Shown in pieces: positions 1 to 10,335 of a stretch of DNA of 45,498 bases (its first letter is position 1; each line of letters begins with the position of its first letter). The notes beneath the pieces were generated by a model. It was not told where the DNA came from. It did no database searches and saw only the letters and a program-made list of their open reading frames with translations. The translations under genes were made by a program, and so were the position numbers. Origin of the DNA: Sphingomicrobium sp. (GTDB lineage: Bacteria; Pseudomonadota; Alphaproteobacteria; Sphingomonadales; Sphingomonadaceae); assembly GCA_039928675.1 (NCBI GenBank), contig JBDSSR010000050.1:1-45498 (forward strand). Reading direction: 5' to 3'.

Positions 1-1329
1 TGCGGGTCGGTCAGCAGCCGCTGGCAGGGCCAGTGCGCCGACTGCGCTCAATGGAACACGCTGGTCCAGGAAAGCGCCCAGGTATCCAGCATCTTTGCAG
101 CCAAGCACAATTTGCAGGGCGGTGGGCGAGCGCTTCAGCTGGTCGGGCTCGATACCCCCTCCCAGCTGCCCGACCGACTGCCGAGCGGTGTCGCCGAGTT
201 CGACCGTGCGGTCGGCGGCGGGATCGTTCGGGGATCGGCACTGCTGGTCGGCGGCGATCCCGGGATCGGCAAGTCGACGCTTCTGCTTCAGGTCGCCGCT
301 CGGGTCGCTGCGGATGGCGGCGACGTGGTCTATGTTTCGGGCGAGGAATCGGCCGAGCAGGTGCGGCTTCGAGCGATCCGCCTCGGCCTCGGCGGAGCGC
401 CGGTTCGGCTGGCGGCCGCAACGTCGGTCCGCGATATCCTGACGACGCTCGGCGACGATCCGCCGGCACTGCTGATCATCGATTCAATCCAGACCATGCA
501 CAGCGACCTCATCGAAGGCGCGCCGGGCACGGTCAGCCAGGTCCGCGCTTCGGCGCAGGAACTGGTCCGCTTTGCCAAGGAGCGCGGGACCGCCGTGGTC
601 CTCGTCGGCCATGTCACCAAGGACGGCTCGATCGCCGGGCCGCGCGTGCTCGAGCATATGGTCGATACGGTGCTTAGCTTCGAAGGTGAGCGAAGCCATC
701 AGTATCGCATTTTGCGGGCGATCAAGAACCGCTTCGGCGGGACCGACGAAATCGGAGTCTTCGCGATGGAGGGCGCGGGCCTTGCTGAAGTGCCCAATCC
801 TTCCGCCCTGTTCCTGACCAACCGCGGCGAACCGGTTAGCGGGACCAGCGTCTTTCCGGCGATCGAGGGGTCACGGCCGGTTCTCGTTGAAATCCAGGCG
901 CTGACGGTTCGGCTGGCGACCGGAGCAACTCCGCGCCGGGCCGCGGTCGGCTGGGACAGTGGGCGGCTGGCGATGATCCTTGCAGTGCTCGAAGCGCGTT
1001 GCGGCCTGAGCTTCGCCACTTCGGAAGTCTATCTCAACGTCGCCGGCGGCTATCGGCTGAGCGATCCGGCGGCCGATCTTGCGGTGACCGCGGCGCTGGT
1101 TTCGGCGCTGTCCGAGCGGCCGGTGCCGAGCGAATGCGTGGTGCTAGGCGAAATCGCTCTGTCGGGCGAGATCCGTCCCGTGGCGCACGCTGTCCTGCGC
1201 CTCAAGGAATCGGCCAAGCTCGGCTTCGAAACCGCCTGGGGACCAAAGGGCGCCAAGGACGTTGAGGGTATTCGCTTGGCCGAGTTTACCAACGTCCGCC
1301 AACTGGTCGATCAGATCATCGGCCGGTAG
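1..1329 (+). CDS. radA: DNA repair protein RadA/Sms (5'-truncated by the window edge)
   Basis: Frame 1 is open from base 1 (CGSVSSRWQGQCADC, zinc-finger part); Walker A GDPGIGKSTLL; KNRFG motif; Lon-like C-terminal region. Confidence 0.97.
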   Translation, partial: CGSVSSRWQGQCADCAQWNTLVQESAQVSSIFAAKHNLQGGGRALQLVGLDTPSQLPDRLPSGVAEFDRAVGGGIVRGSALLVGGDPGIGKSTLLLQVAARVAADGGDVVYVSGEESAEQVRLRAIRLGLGGAPVRLAAATSVRDILTTLGDDPPALLIIDSIQTMHSDLIEGAPGTVSQVRASAQELVRFAKERGTAVVLVGHVTKDGSIAGPRVLEHMVDTVLSFEGERSHQYRILRAIKNRFGGTDEIGVFAMEGAGLAEVPNPSALFLTNRGEPVSGTSVFPAIEGSRPVLVEIQALTVRLATGATPRRAAVGWDSGRLAMILAVLEARCGLSFATSEVYLNVAGGYRLSDPAADLAVTAALVSALSERPVPSECVVLGEIALSGEIRPVAHAVLRLKESAKLGFETAWGPKGAKDVEGIRLAEFTNVRQLVDQIIGR

Positions 1330-1380
1330 TCCCCGCAGCCGGTTGCGTGACGACCGGTCCCCGCCCAAAGGCGGCGGTTC

Positions 1381-2784
1381 ATGGTCGATGCTGCAAATGA
1401 CGCACCACAAGATGATGGCCTGCCAGTTCCGCGTCGCTATTGGTCGGCGGCGAGCGTGTGGCTGTCACTTGCAATGGCGGTGCTCGACGGCGCCGTCGCC
1501 AACGTCGCACTGCCGACCATGGCGACGCAATTGGGAGCATCGCCAGCAAGCTCGGTTTGGATCATCAACGCCTATCAGCTGACGATCACCATCCTGCTCC
1601 TGCCGCTTGCGGCTCTCGGCGACCGCCTGGGCTACAAGCGCGTGTACATGCCGGGCGTGGTGCTCTTCACGCTCGGGTCGCTCGCCTGCGCGCTGAGCGG
1701 AACCTTGCCGTTGCTGATTGCCGCGCGAGCGTTTCAGGGGATCGGCGCCGCGTGCATCATGAGCATGAACCCAGCGCTTGTCCGGGCGACATATCCACGC
1801 AGCATCCTTGGCCGGGGAATTGGATATAATGCGATGGTCCTGTCGCTGTCGGCGGCGCTTGGGCCGACCCTTGCCGCACTGATCCTGAGCTTCGGATCGT
1901 GGCAGTGGCTGTTCCTGATCAACCTCCCGCTGGGATTGGCCGCACTGATCGTTGGTCAGCGGGCCTTGCCCGACCCGGTCGGCCACCAGCGCTCGTTCGA
2001 GTGGGTGTCGGCCCTCCTCAGCGCGGCGATGATGGGCCTGGTCGTGTTCGGTGCCGAGACGATTACGCGCTCAGGCACGGCGGCTGGAGCGATGATCGCG
2101 GCCGGCGCCGCATTCGGTGTCGTGCTGGTCTGGCGCGAACGCGGCGACCCGACCCCGCTGATGCCCGTCGACCTGCTTCGAATCCCGATCTTTTCGCTTT
2201 CGATCGCGACATCCGTGGTGTCCTTCGCTGCCCAGACCCTCGCCTACGTCGCACTGCCATTCCTCTTTCAATCGGTCCTTGGCCGAAGTGTGCTCGTGAC
2301 AGGGCTGTTGATGACACCGTGGCCGATTGCGCTGGGCATTTCCGCACCCATCGCCGGGCGAATGGCTGATCGCTTCTCGGCCGGTATCCTGGGCAGCGTC
2401 GGACTGGCGATCTTCGCGGCGGGCCTTTTTTTCCTGTCCCGGATGGGCGCTCACCCGAGCAACTTCGACATCGCCTGGCGAATGGCCGTTTGCGGGCTCG
2501 GCTTTGGCTGCTTCCAGTCGCCGAACAATCGCACCATCCTCAGTTCAGCGCCTCAGCAACGATCTGGCGCGGCGGGCGGAATGCTCGCGACCGCGCGCTT
2601 GTCCGGGCAGACCGTTGGTGCAGTGGCGGTCGGGATTGCGTTCCACTTTGCAGGCGTTGGTTCGACTCCGGCGCTGCTGCTTGCCGCGGCGGTGGTTGCG
2701 ATCGCGGCCTCGGGGATCAGTCTGATGCGGCTGCGGGTTGCTCCGGCCGGGCGGATTGCCGTCTACCGGCCGATCCTCGACTAG
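1381..2784 (+). CDS. MFS transporter, DHA2/EmrB-QacA-like
   Basis: LDGAVANVALP motif D1, GDRLGYKR motif A, many hydrophobic helices. Confidence 0.9.
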   Translation: MVDAANDAPQDDGLPVPRRYWSAASVWLSLAMAVLDGAVANVALPTMATQLGASPASSVWIINAYQLTITILLLPLAALGDRLGYKRVYMPGVVLFTLGSLACALSGTLPLLIAARAFQGIGAACIMSMNPALVRATYPRSILGRGIGYNAMVLSLSAALGPTLAALILSFGSWQWLFLINLPLGLAALIVGQRALPDPVGHQRSFEWVSALLSAAMMGLVVFGAETITRSGTAAGAMIAAGAAFGVVLVWRERGDPTPLMPVDLLRIPIFSLSIATSVVSFAAQTLAYVALPFLFQSVLGRSVLVTGLLMTPWPIALGISAPIAGRMADRFSAGILGSVGLAIFAAGLFFLSRMGAHPSNFDIAWRMAVCGLGFGCFQSPNNRTILSSAPQQRSGAAGGMLATARLSGQTVGAVAVGIAFHFAGVGSTPALLLAAAVVAIAASGISLMRLRVAPAGRIAVYRPILD

Positions 2785-2828
2785 CCCAAGGGCTTTCATC
2801 AGCTGTTTCCCTCCGCTAGCCCGAATAT

Positions 2829-3368
2829 ATGACCGCGCTCGACGTTTTCGTATTCCTGCTTCTGATTGGCGGCGCCGCGATCGGCTTCGTTCGCGGCTTC
2901 GTGCATGAAGTGATTTCGCTGTTCGCGTGGATTGTCGCGATCGCGATGATCAAGCTGTTTCACGGCCAGCTGTGGAACGGAATCCAGAACAGCATCCATA
3001 CCAGCCCGGCGTCGGCGGCGGTGATCGCCTTTGCAATCCTGTTCCTGCCGACTTTCCTGCTGGTCAAACTGCTTGCCCGCCAGATCGGCGGACGCACCCG
3101 CCGCCACGCCGTGCTGGGCCCGGTCGATCGAATCCTCGGTGGCGGCTTCGGAGCATTAAAAGGCCTGCTCGGAGTGACCCTATTCTTCCTCCTCGCCAAC
3201 CTTGCGACCGACATGGTCTATGGCCCGCAAGCCAATCGGCCCGAGTGGATGACTCGGTCGCGCACCTTTCCGCTGTTAAATGCCAGCGGGCGAGCAATTG
3301 TCGACTGGGTCGAAACCCGCCGGCTCCACCCGGCCAAAATCGGCGAACCCAAGGTTGGCGAACCATGA
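2829..3368 (+). CDS. cvpA: CvpA family membrane protein
   Basis: [13 protein letters not shown] and [13 protein letters not shown] motifs; near radA. Confidence 0.9.
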   Translation: MTALDVFVFLLLIGGAAIGFVRGFVHEVISLFAWIVAIAMIKLFHGQLWNGIQNSIHTSPASAAVIAFAILFLPTFLLVKLLARQIGGRTRRHAVLGPVDRILGGGFGALKGLLGVTLFFLLANLATDMVYGPQANRPEWMTRSRTFPLLNASGRAIVDWVETRRLHPAKIGEPKVGEP

Positions 3369-4675
3369 TCCGGCTGTACGACACCATGGCGCGGGAGAAG
3401 CGCGAGTTCACGCCCGCCGACCCGAAGCGGATCACGATGTATGTGTGCGGACCGACGGTCTATGGCCGGGCGCATATCGGCAATGCCCGGCCGCCAGTGG
3501 TGTTCGACACGCTTGCCCGGTTGATCCGGCATCAATTCGGCCAAGACAGCCTGGCTTATGCGCGCAACGTCACCGACGTCGACGACAAGATCATCGCCGC
3601 GGCGGCCGAGGAAGGGGTCGAGCCCTCCGCGATCACCGAACGCTTCGAGCGCTTTTATCTCGATGACATGCGCGCGCTCGGGGTGCGCGATCCTGACATC
3701 GCGCCCCATGCGACCAAGGAAATCGCGCCAATGGTGTCGATGATCGAGCGGCTGGTGGCGACGGGCAATGCCTATGTCGCGCAGGGCCATGTCCTGTTTT
3801 CGGTGCCAAGCGATCCTGATTACGGCCAGCTCAGCCGCCGCGACCGCGATTCGATGGTTGTCGGCGCTCGGGTCGAAGTTGCGCCCTACAAGCGCGACCC
3901 AGCCGACTTCGTTCTGTGGAAGCCGAGCGAGGACGGCGTGATCGGCTGGGACTCGCCCTGGGGTCGTGGACGGCCAGGGTGGCACGTCGAATGTTCGGCG
4001 ATGATCCGTGCGCATCTCGGTGACACGATCGACATCCACGGCGGCGGGCTCGACCTCATCTTCCCGCATCATGAGAATGAGATTGCCCAGAGCCGTTGCG
4101 CCCACAGCGGTGCGCCGCTCGCTCGCTACTGGGTCCACAACGGCTTCGTCGACATGGGCGCCGAGAAGATGTCCAAAAGCCTCGGAAATGTCGTTACTCC
4201 GAGTGAGCTTCTGGCGCAGGGGCACAAGGGCGAGACACTGCGGCTGGCGCTGCTTTCGGCGCATTACCGCTCGCCGCTGCCGTGGACCGAAACCCTCGTC
4301 GCCCAGGCCAAGTCGATCCTCGACGGGCTCTATCGCCGGGTAGACGATGCCGAGGCCGGCGAGGTTGACGAGGGCGTCCTCGAGGCACTTGGCGACGATT
4401 TGAACACGCCGCTCGCGCTATCCCGCCTGGCCGCGATCGACAGCCCGTCCGTGCTCAAAGCGAGCGCCGGGTTGCTCGGGCTGCTCGGATCGTCGGCAAG
4501 CGAGCGGTTCCAGGGCGGCGGCGATGCCGCAGTGATCGAAGCGCGGATCGCCGAGCGCACCGCGGCCAAGCAGGCTCGCGACTTTGCCACCGCTGACCGC
4601 ATCCGCGACGAGCTCAAGGCCGATGGCATTGTGCTGGAGGATGGGCCCGGCGGCACGACCTGGCGCAAACAATGA
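3365..4675 (+). CDS. cysS: Cysteine--tRNA ligase
   Basis: [27 protein letters not shown] motifs; ATG at 3365 overlaps the cvpA stop (ATGA). Confidence 0.97.
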   Translation: MIRLYDTMAREKREFTPADPKRITMYVCGPTVYGRAHIGNARPPVVFDTLARLIRHQFGQDSLAYARNVTDVDDKIIAAAAEEGVEPSAITERFERFYLDDMRALGVRDPDIAPHATKEIAPMVSMIERLVATGNAYVAQGHVLFSVPSDPDYGQLSRRDRDSMVVGARVEVAPYKRDPADFVLWKPSEDGVIGWDSPWGRGRPGWHVECSAMIRAHLGDTIDIHGGGLDLIFPHHENEIAQSRCAHSGAPLARYWVHNGFVDMGAEKMSKSLGNVVTPSELLAQGHKGETLRLALLSAHYRSPLPWTETLVAQAKSILDGLYRRVDDAEAGEVDEGVLEALGDDLNTPLALSRLAAIDSPSVLKASAGLLGLLGSSASERFQGGGDAAVIEARIAERTAAKQARDFATADRIRDELKADGIVLEDGPGGTTWRKQ

Positions 4676-5100
4676 ACGCGCCGCTCTACACCACCCAGAT
4701 TCTGCGGCTTGCGGCGTCGCTCGATGCCCCGCACGCGCTCTACCGCGAGGACGGGCGGGCCGAACTGCGCTCGCCAGCCTGCGGAAGCCGGGTCGAGACG
4801 GCGGTCACGCTCGACGCCGACGGTCGAATCGCGGCGCTGTCACAGGACGTCAATGCCTGCGCCTTCGGTCAAGCTTCGGCGGCGCTGGTCGCTCAATCGG
4901 CAGTCGGCGCGGATCGGCACTCGGTCGATCGCGCGCTTGCCGAACTTGACGCCTGGCTTGGCGGCGAGCGCGACAACCCGGGCGCCTGGCCAGGGCTCAC
5001 GGCTTTGACACCGGCGCTTGCCAAGCGCGGGCGACACGGTGCGATCATGCTCCCGTTCCGGGCGCTTTCGGCTGCGCTTGCGGAGGCCGGCCGTGGGTGA
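4672..5100 (+). CDS. NifU/IscU N-terminal-like Fe-S scaffold protein
   Basis: RSPACGS and ACAFGQAS motifs; ATGA overlap with cysS. Confidence 0.8.
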   Translation: MNAPLYTTQILRLAASLDAPHALYREDGRAELRSPACGSRVETAVTLDADGRIAALSQDVNACAFGQASAALVAQSAVGADRHSVDRALAELDAWLGGERDNPGAWPGLTALTPALAKRGRHGAIMLPFRALSAALAEAGRG

Positions 5101-6904
5101 CGTCAAGGCGGCTGCCGAGGCGACCACCGCGTTGCTCGAAGCGAGTGCGGTCCTGCTCGGCGCGGGGCTGTTTTTCGTGCTTCTGTTCCGCAAGCTCAGG
5201 CTCGGCGCGACCCTCGGCTATATCGTCGGCGGAGCGGTAATCGGACCTCAGGCCCTGGGTTGGATCAAGACTCCAGACCGCCTCGCTGGCCTTACGGAAA
5301 TCGGCATTGCGCTGCTTTTGTTCATCGTCGGAATGGAACTCAATCCGGGTCGATTGTGGCGGCTCCGCAAGGACATCTTCGGGCTCGGCCTGGCGCAGGT
5401 TGTGCTTGCCGGCCTTGCTCTTAGCCTGTTCATCCATCTCGTTTTTGCTATCTCATGGGAGGCGTCGCTCGCGCTCGGACTCCCGCTTGCATTGTCGTCG
5501 ACTGCCCAGGTGCTGCCGATGCTGCGCTCGGCGCATCTGCTCAATACGCCGCGGGGCGAGCGCGCCTTCTCGATCCTGCTGTTTCAGGATCTGAGCATCG
5601 TTCCGCTGATTACGATCATTGCCGCTCTATCGCGGGTCGCGGCCGATCCCTCGGCTCCAACCGGTCTGAAGCTGGCGCTGTACACGATCGGCGCGGTGGT
5701 CGGGCTGGTGATCGGCGGGCGCTTCCTGCTCGGGCCGTTGTTCCGGCTGGTCGGACGTATCGCCGACCAGGAACTGTTCGTCTTCGCCGGTCTGTTTGTG
5801 GTCGTCGCGGTATCGGCGTTGATGCACTCGCTTGGCCTGTCGATCGCATTGGGCGCGTTCGTCGCGGGCGTGATGCTCGCCGAAAGCCCGTACCGCCACG
5901 AGCTGGAGAGCGACATCGAGCCGTTTCGCTCGCTGCTCCTCGGCCTGTTCTTCCTTTCCGTCGGAATGCTTCTTGACCTTGGGACTATCGCCGCCCGGCC
6001 GTTGACCGTGATCGGCCTTGCCGCGTCGGTGGTGACGATCAAGGCGCTGGTGATGATTGGTCTGGGGCAGGGTTTCGGCCTGCCGTGGCGCCGCTCGGTT
6101 CGACTTGGGTTGCTGCTGAGCCAGGCTGGCGAGTTCGGCTTCGTCCTATTCGCTTTGGCCGCGGCCGGTCAGCTGGTTACGCCCGAAGCAGCGTCGCTGT
6201 TCGGTGCGGCAGTGGTGCTGTCGATGGCCACGACCCCATTCCTGATGCGCCTGACCGACTGGCTCGACCGCCGCCAGGAGACTAGCGCGGACCAACTCGA
6301 CGGTCCCGAAAAATCGCCTCAAACCTCGGCCATCGTTGTTGGCTACGGCCGGTTTGGTCAGACCGTCGCGCAAATGCTCCAGGCGAAGAACATCGGGGTT
6401 ACGATCATCGACAAGCAGCCGGCGATGATCGAGCGTGCCGAGGAATTCGGGACCAAGGTCTATTTCGGTGACGGCCTGCGCATTGATTTGCTGCGCACCG
6501 CCGGTGCCGGGGATTCGCGGATCATCGCCTTTTGCAACGACAATAAGGACGGCGAACTGACCCGGGGGGCCCTGGCCAAGGTGCTCGACGCGTTTCCCCA
6601 GGCGGCGGTGATGGTGCGTGCGTTCGACCGCGTGCACCTGATGGAACTCGAGCGGCTCGATATAGCGTTTGCCCAGCGCGAATTGTTCGAAAGCGCGGTC
6701 AAGATGGGCCGGGCCGCGCTCAAATCGGCGGGCATCGATGACGAACAGGTAGAACGGGTCGAACGCGAATATCGCGCCCGCGACTGCGAGCGGCTCGAGC
6801 GGCAAAGCCAGACCGGCGACCTTCACGCCGGCGAGGAGCGTGCCTTCAGCGCCGAGCGGTCGTTGCCCGAAGTCGGCGACGATCAGGCGGAATTGCCGAG
6901 ATAA
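5093..6904 (+). CDS. KefB/KefC-like CPA2 K+/H+ antiporter with C-terminal KTN/RCK domain
   Basis: ILLFQD, ELESDIEPFRSLLLGLFF, SQAGEFGFV, GYGRFG motifs; GTG at 5093 after GGAGG. Confidence 0.9.
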   Translation: MGDVKAAAEATTALLEASAVLLGAGLFFVLLFRKLRLGATLGYIVGGAVIGPQALGWIKTPDRLAGLTEIGIALLLFIVGMELNPGRLWRLRKDIFGLGLAQVVLAGLALSLFIHLVFAISWEASLALGLPLALSSTAQVLPMLRSAHLLNTPRGERAFSILLFQDLSIVPLITIIAALSRVAADPSAPTGLKLALYTIGAVVGLVIGGRFLLGPLFRLVGRIADQELFVFAGLFVVVAVSALMHSLGLSIALGAFVAGVMLAESPYRHELESDIEPFRSLLLGLFFLSVGMLLDLGTIAARPLTVIGLAASVVTIKALVMIGLGQGFGLPWRRSVRLGLLLSQAGEFGFVLFALAAAGQLVTPEAASLFGAAVVLSMATTPFLMRLTDWLDRRQETSADQLDGPEKSPQTSAIVVGYGRFGQTVAQMLQAKNIGVTIIDKQPAMIERAEEFGTKVYFGDGLRIDLLRTAGAGDSRIIAFCNDNKDGELTRGALAKVLDAFPQAAVMVRAFDRVHLMELERLDIAFAQRELFESAVKMGRAALKSAGIDDEQVERVEREYRARDCERLERQSQTGDLHAGEERAFSAERSLPEVGDDQAELPR

Positions 6905-7428
6905 TCCTCGAGCGCGGCAACGATCGTTTCGACCACGTCGTGATGCGCTCCAGCGCCGCTCTTCACGTGAATATGGGCCTCGGCATAAGCCTGCCGCTCG
7001 ACTTGCGCGAGCCGCTCCAGCGTTCCCCGGGGATCCTCCGTCTTGAGCAGTGGGCGAGTATCGCGACGCGCGGTTCGTTCGGCGAGAACGTCGACGGGTG
7101 CATCGAGCCAGACGGTAATCCCCTGTTTGTTCAAAAGGGCGCGCGTGGTCGGTTCGACGAATACTCCGCCACCAGTCGCGATGACCCGGACCTGGCCATC
7201 GATCAGGCGGGCGACCAGGCGGCGCTCGCCATCCCGATAATTTTCCTCGCCAAAGCGTTCGAACAATTCGCCCGCGGGGTAGCCGACGCTGTCCTCGATT
7301 GCGGCGTCGCTATCGATGAACGGAAGGCCAAGGCGCCTTGCAAGCCGCCTTCCAACGGTCGATTTGCCGACCCCCATCAGCCCGACAAGAACCACCGGGC
7401 GGTCAAGACGCTTCCCCACATCAGTCAC
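6883..7428 (-). CDS. aroK: Shikimate kinase
   Basis: Walker A GLMGVGKST, DSD, IATGGG, RPLL motifs. Confidence 0.95.
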   Translation of the reverse strand: MTDVGKRLDRPVVLVGLMGVGKSTVGRRLARRLGLPFIDSDAAIEDSVGYPAGELFERFGEENYRDGERRLVARLIDGQVRVIATGGGVFVEPTTRALLNKQGITVWLDAPVDVLAERTARRDTRPLLKTEDPRGTLERLAQVERQAYAEAHIHVKSGAGAHHDVVETIVAALEDYLGNSA

Positions 7429-7474
7429 GGGAAGGGGCTATACAGCGGCTTGCGCGCTCGGCAAAAGCGCCGCC

Positions 7475-7621
7475 ATGCCCCGCATCGTCCCGCTCATTAT
7501 AATGTTGATCGCAATCGTCGGCGGCCTGTTCGCCCTCTCGAAGCTGGTCAAGCAGCAGCCAACTCACCAGATCGAAATTGCCGTTCCCCAAGGACCGCCA
7601 GCCGGGGGCCAGGAGCATTAA
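7475..7621 (+). CDS. Small single-TM hypothetical protein (48 aa)
   Basis: ATG at 7475; hydrophobic N-terminus MPRIVPLIIMLIAIVGGLFALS; divergent from aroK. Confidence 0.65.
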   Translation: MPRIVPLIIMLIAIVGGLFALSKLVKQQPTHQIEIAVPQGPPAGGQEH

Positions 7622-9419
7622 AACGCTTTTCGCCCTGAGCGCGGCGGCGCTTGCGATCGCGCTTCCGGCACTCGCCCAGCAGCAGCCGCCTGTGCAATCT
7701 CCTGCGACGCCGGCAGCGAATGCGGCAGCGAATGCCGCTCCGGCCAATCAATATCCAGGAGGCGGAATCGGCGCCCGGACGCCCGAGGCGGCGACTGGCA
7801 AGCTGGCCAGCGACCAATCGCCCGCCGCGGCCGGCGGCGGCGATGAAAGCGCGGTTGAGGAAGTCGCGAACGTCAGTTTCGCGCCGCCCGCCGCGACTGT
7901 CGAATATCCCGGCTGGGCACGCCGGGATTTGTGGAGTGTGGGAAGCCTCGACCCGGCCGAACTCGGGCTTGGCGACAATGGCTTTGGATCTGCCAGCGGC
8001 GCGTTCCTGTCGACCCTGATGCGGCGGATGGATGTCCCGATCGCTTCGCGCTGGGCGCACATCGCGCTGCGCGACGCGCTGCTTGCGAAAATCCATGCTC
8101 CGGCGGCGGTCAATCCGGTCGACTGGGTCGCCGAACGCGCCTGGCTGCTTCTTAGGATGGGTGAAGCCGATGCGGCGCGGATGCTGGTCGCCGGCGTCGA
8201 TACCGATCGTTTCACGCCCAAGATGGTCCAGGTCGGCGTTCAGACCGCACTTGCAACCGCCGATCCGCCGGCGTTGTGCCCGCTGGAAAGCGGAATCCGC
8301 CAGTATGACAAGAACATTCGCCAATTGGTCCAGGCGATGTGCGCCTCGCTCGCCGGCGAGCCCGAATCCGCATCGGCGCAAATCGATCAGGCGCGGCGCT
8401 ATGGCCGGATCGGCGGAATTGACCTGGTGCTTGCCGAAAAGATTGTCGGCGCCGCTGCCAATACCCGCTCGGTGACGGTCGAATGGGAACCGGTCGAAAC
8501 GCTGACGGCGTGGCGGTTCGGCCTTGCCGCCGGAGCTGGGCTGATTCCGCCCGATCGTCTGATCGCCGCGGCTTCGCCGCAGCTTCGCGCGTTCGAGGCG
8601 CGAGCCCCGCTACTGACCGCGCAGCAGCGCTTGCCAGCGGCGTTCGTGGCGGCTGGCCTCGGCGTGTTTTCGTCGCAGACAATGGTCGATCTCTATTCGT
8701 CGATTTACGATTCGACCGATCCCGACGCCCTGCCGACAAGCGACTCATGGCAGCTTCGCCAGGCCTATATCGGCAAGGATCCGGACGCTCGACTGGCCGC
8801 GATCCGCAAGGTTCTGGCGCTTGGCAAAGGTCCCCTTGCAACGGAAGGCGCCCGGGCTCTTGCAGCACGGGCCGCCACTCTGGTCACCCCCGACGCCAAG
8901 CTTGCAAAGGATGCACCCGAACTTATTTCGGCAATGCTTGCCGGCGGATACGATCAGGCGGCGGCGCGCTGGATTCCGGCTGTAAATGGCATGAGCAACG
9001 CAGAAGCGGATCGCTGCTGGGCAATGCTCGCGCTGGGCGCACCGAGCATTGGCGAAGTGGGATCGACTCGAATCTCGTCGTTCATCCGGCGTGACACCGG
9101 CCCCGGCCGGGTGCGAAGCGCGCTGGTCGTGGCCGGGCTCGCCGGTCTTGGCCGGATCAGCCAGGACACCGCCAATTCGCTCAATCGGCGGTACGGCCTG
9201 GGGCTTGGCCGAACGAGCAACTGGACCAGGATCATCGATAATGCCGCGGCGCGGGGACAGCCGGGCACGGTCCTGGTGCTGACCGGAACGGGCTTCCAGA
9301 GCGGCAGCATCGACCAGCTTCCCGCAGCGCATGTCTATCACGCGCTGATGGCTCTGCAGCGGACCGGACAGGACTTTTCAGCGCGGATGATTGCCGCCGA
9401 GTTGCTGTCCCGAACGTGA
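7578..9419 (+). CDS. Large exported hypothetical protein (start codon uncertain)
   Basis: 613-codon ORF; signal-peptide-like IKTLFALSAAALAIALPALA; stop overlaps the xerD GTG. Confidence 0.8.
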   Translation: MPFPKDRQPGARSIKTLFALSAAALAIALPALAQQQPPVQSPATPAANAAANAAPANQYPGGGIGARTPEAATGKLASDQSPAAAGGGDESAVEEVANVSFAPPAATVEYPGWARRDLWSVGSLDPAELGLGDNGFGSASGAFLSTLMRRMDVPIASRWAHIALRDALLAKIHAPAAVNPVDWVAERAWLLLRMGEADAARMLVAGVDTDRFTPKMVQVGVQTALATADPPALCPLESGIRQYDKNIRQLVQAMCASLAGEPESASAQIDQARRYGRIGGIDLVLAEKIVGAAANTRSVTVEWEPVETLTAWRFGLAAGAGLIPPDRLIAAASPQLRAFEARAPLLTAQQRLPAAFVAAGLGVFSSQTMVDLYSSIYDSTDPDALPTSDSWQLRQAYIGKDPDARLAAIRKVLALGKGPLATEGARALAARAATLVTPDAKLAKDAPELISAMLAGGYDQAAARWIPAVNGMSNAEADRCWAMLALGAPSIGEVGSTRISSFIRRDTGPGRVRSALVVAGLAGLGRISQDTANSLNRRYGLGLGRTSNWTRIIDNAAARGQPGTVLVLTGTGFQSGSIDQLPAAHVYHALMALQRTGQDFSARMIAAELLSRT

Positions 9420-10300
9420 CTCCCGACGATCGAGCTCTGGTCGATCGCTTCCTCGACATGATGGCAGCCGAGGCCGGAGCCTCCGGCCACACCCTTGCCG
9501 CCTATCGCAACGATCTTGAACGTGCCGCGCAAACCGCCGGGCCGCTCGCTACTGCTTCAGCGGACGATCTGTCGCTGCTCGGCAGCGCGTGGGCCCAGCT
9601 TGCGCCATCGACCGTCGCTCGCCGGTCAGCAGCTCTGCGCCGGTTCTTCGGCTTCCTCGTCGACGATGGACTGCGCTCGGACGACCCTTCCGCAGCGCTT
9701 CCGCGACCGCGATTCGAACGGCCGCTGCCGCGCATCCTCGAGGAAATCGAAGTCCAGCGCATGTTCGAGGCCGCCGAGGACCGGGCGTCGAGCGGCGAAC
9801 GCGGCGCACTTCGCAACCTCGCGTTGCTTGAGCTGCTTTATGGTTCCGGGCTGCGAGCGAGCGAGCTGGTTGGCCTGCCTCGCGGAGCAGTCCGGCCAGG
9901 GCAACCGTTCCTGATGGTCCGAGGAAAGGGCGACAAGGATCGGCTGGTGCCGATCTCGTCACGAGCCCATGCCGCCGTGGCCGCTTGGACCGAGCAGGAA
10001 TCGGGCGAAAGCATGTGGCTGTTTCCGAGCGGAAAATCGCATTTGAGTCGGGTGCGGCTGTTCCAGATCGTCCGGGCCATGGCCGCCGAGGCCGGCATCG
10101 CGCCCGAACGGGTCAGCCCACACGTCCTTCGCCACGCCTTTGCAACCCATCTGCTTTCGGGGGGTGCGGACTTGCGCGTTCTTCAGTCGCTGCTCGGTCA
10201 TGCCGACATAGCCACCACCCAGATTTACACGCACGTTGACAGTGCCCGGCTGGTCGAGCTGGTCAACGCCCGCCATCCGCTCGCCACTCGCCAGCGTTGA
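9416..10300 (+). CDS. xerD: Tyrosine recombinase XerD
   Basis: GLRASEL, GKGDKDR, SPHVLRHAFATH, LGH, TQIY catalytic motifs; upstream of accA. Confidence 0.88.
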   Translation: MTPDDRALVDRFLDMMAAEAGASGHTLAAYRNDLERAAQTAGPLATASADDLSLLGSAWAQLAPSTVARRSAALRRFFGFLVDDGLRSDDPSAALPRPRFERPLPRILEEIEVQRMFEAAEDRASSGERGALRNLALLELLYGSGLRASELVGLPRGAVRPGQPFLMVRGKGDKDRLVPISSRAHAAVAAWTEQESGESMWLFPSGKSHLSRVRLFQIVRAMAAEAGIAPERVSPHVLRHAFATHLLSGGADLRVLQSLLGHADIATTQIYTHVDSARLVELVNARHPLATRQR

Positions 10301-10335
10301 CGGCCAAGGCAGCTTCGTCCTACCCGCCCGGGCTA

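Noticed and set aside
2927-3364. 146-aa N-terminal extension of CysRS in the ORF track
   Set aside because: It overlaps cvpA out of frame; CysRS homology begins at ATG 3365
9416-10300. Tyrosine recombinase as a mobile-element integrase
   Set aside because: XerD-like size and motifs, housekeeping context (aroK, accA), no att repeats or cargo
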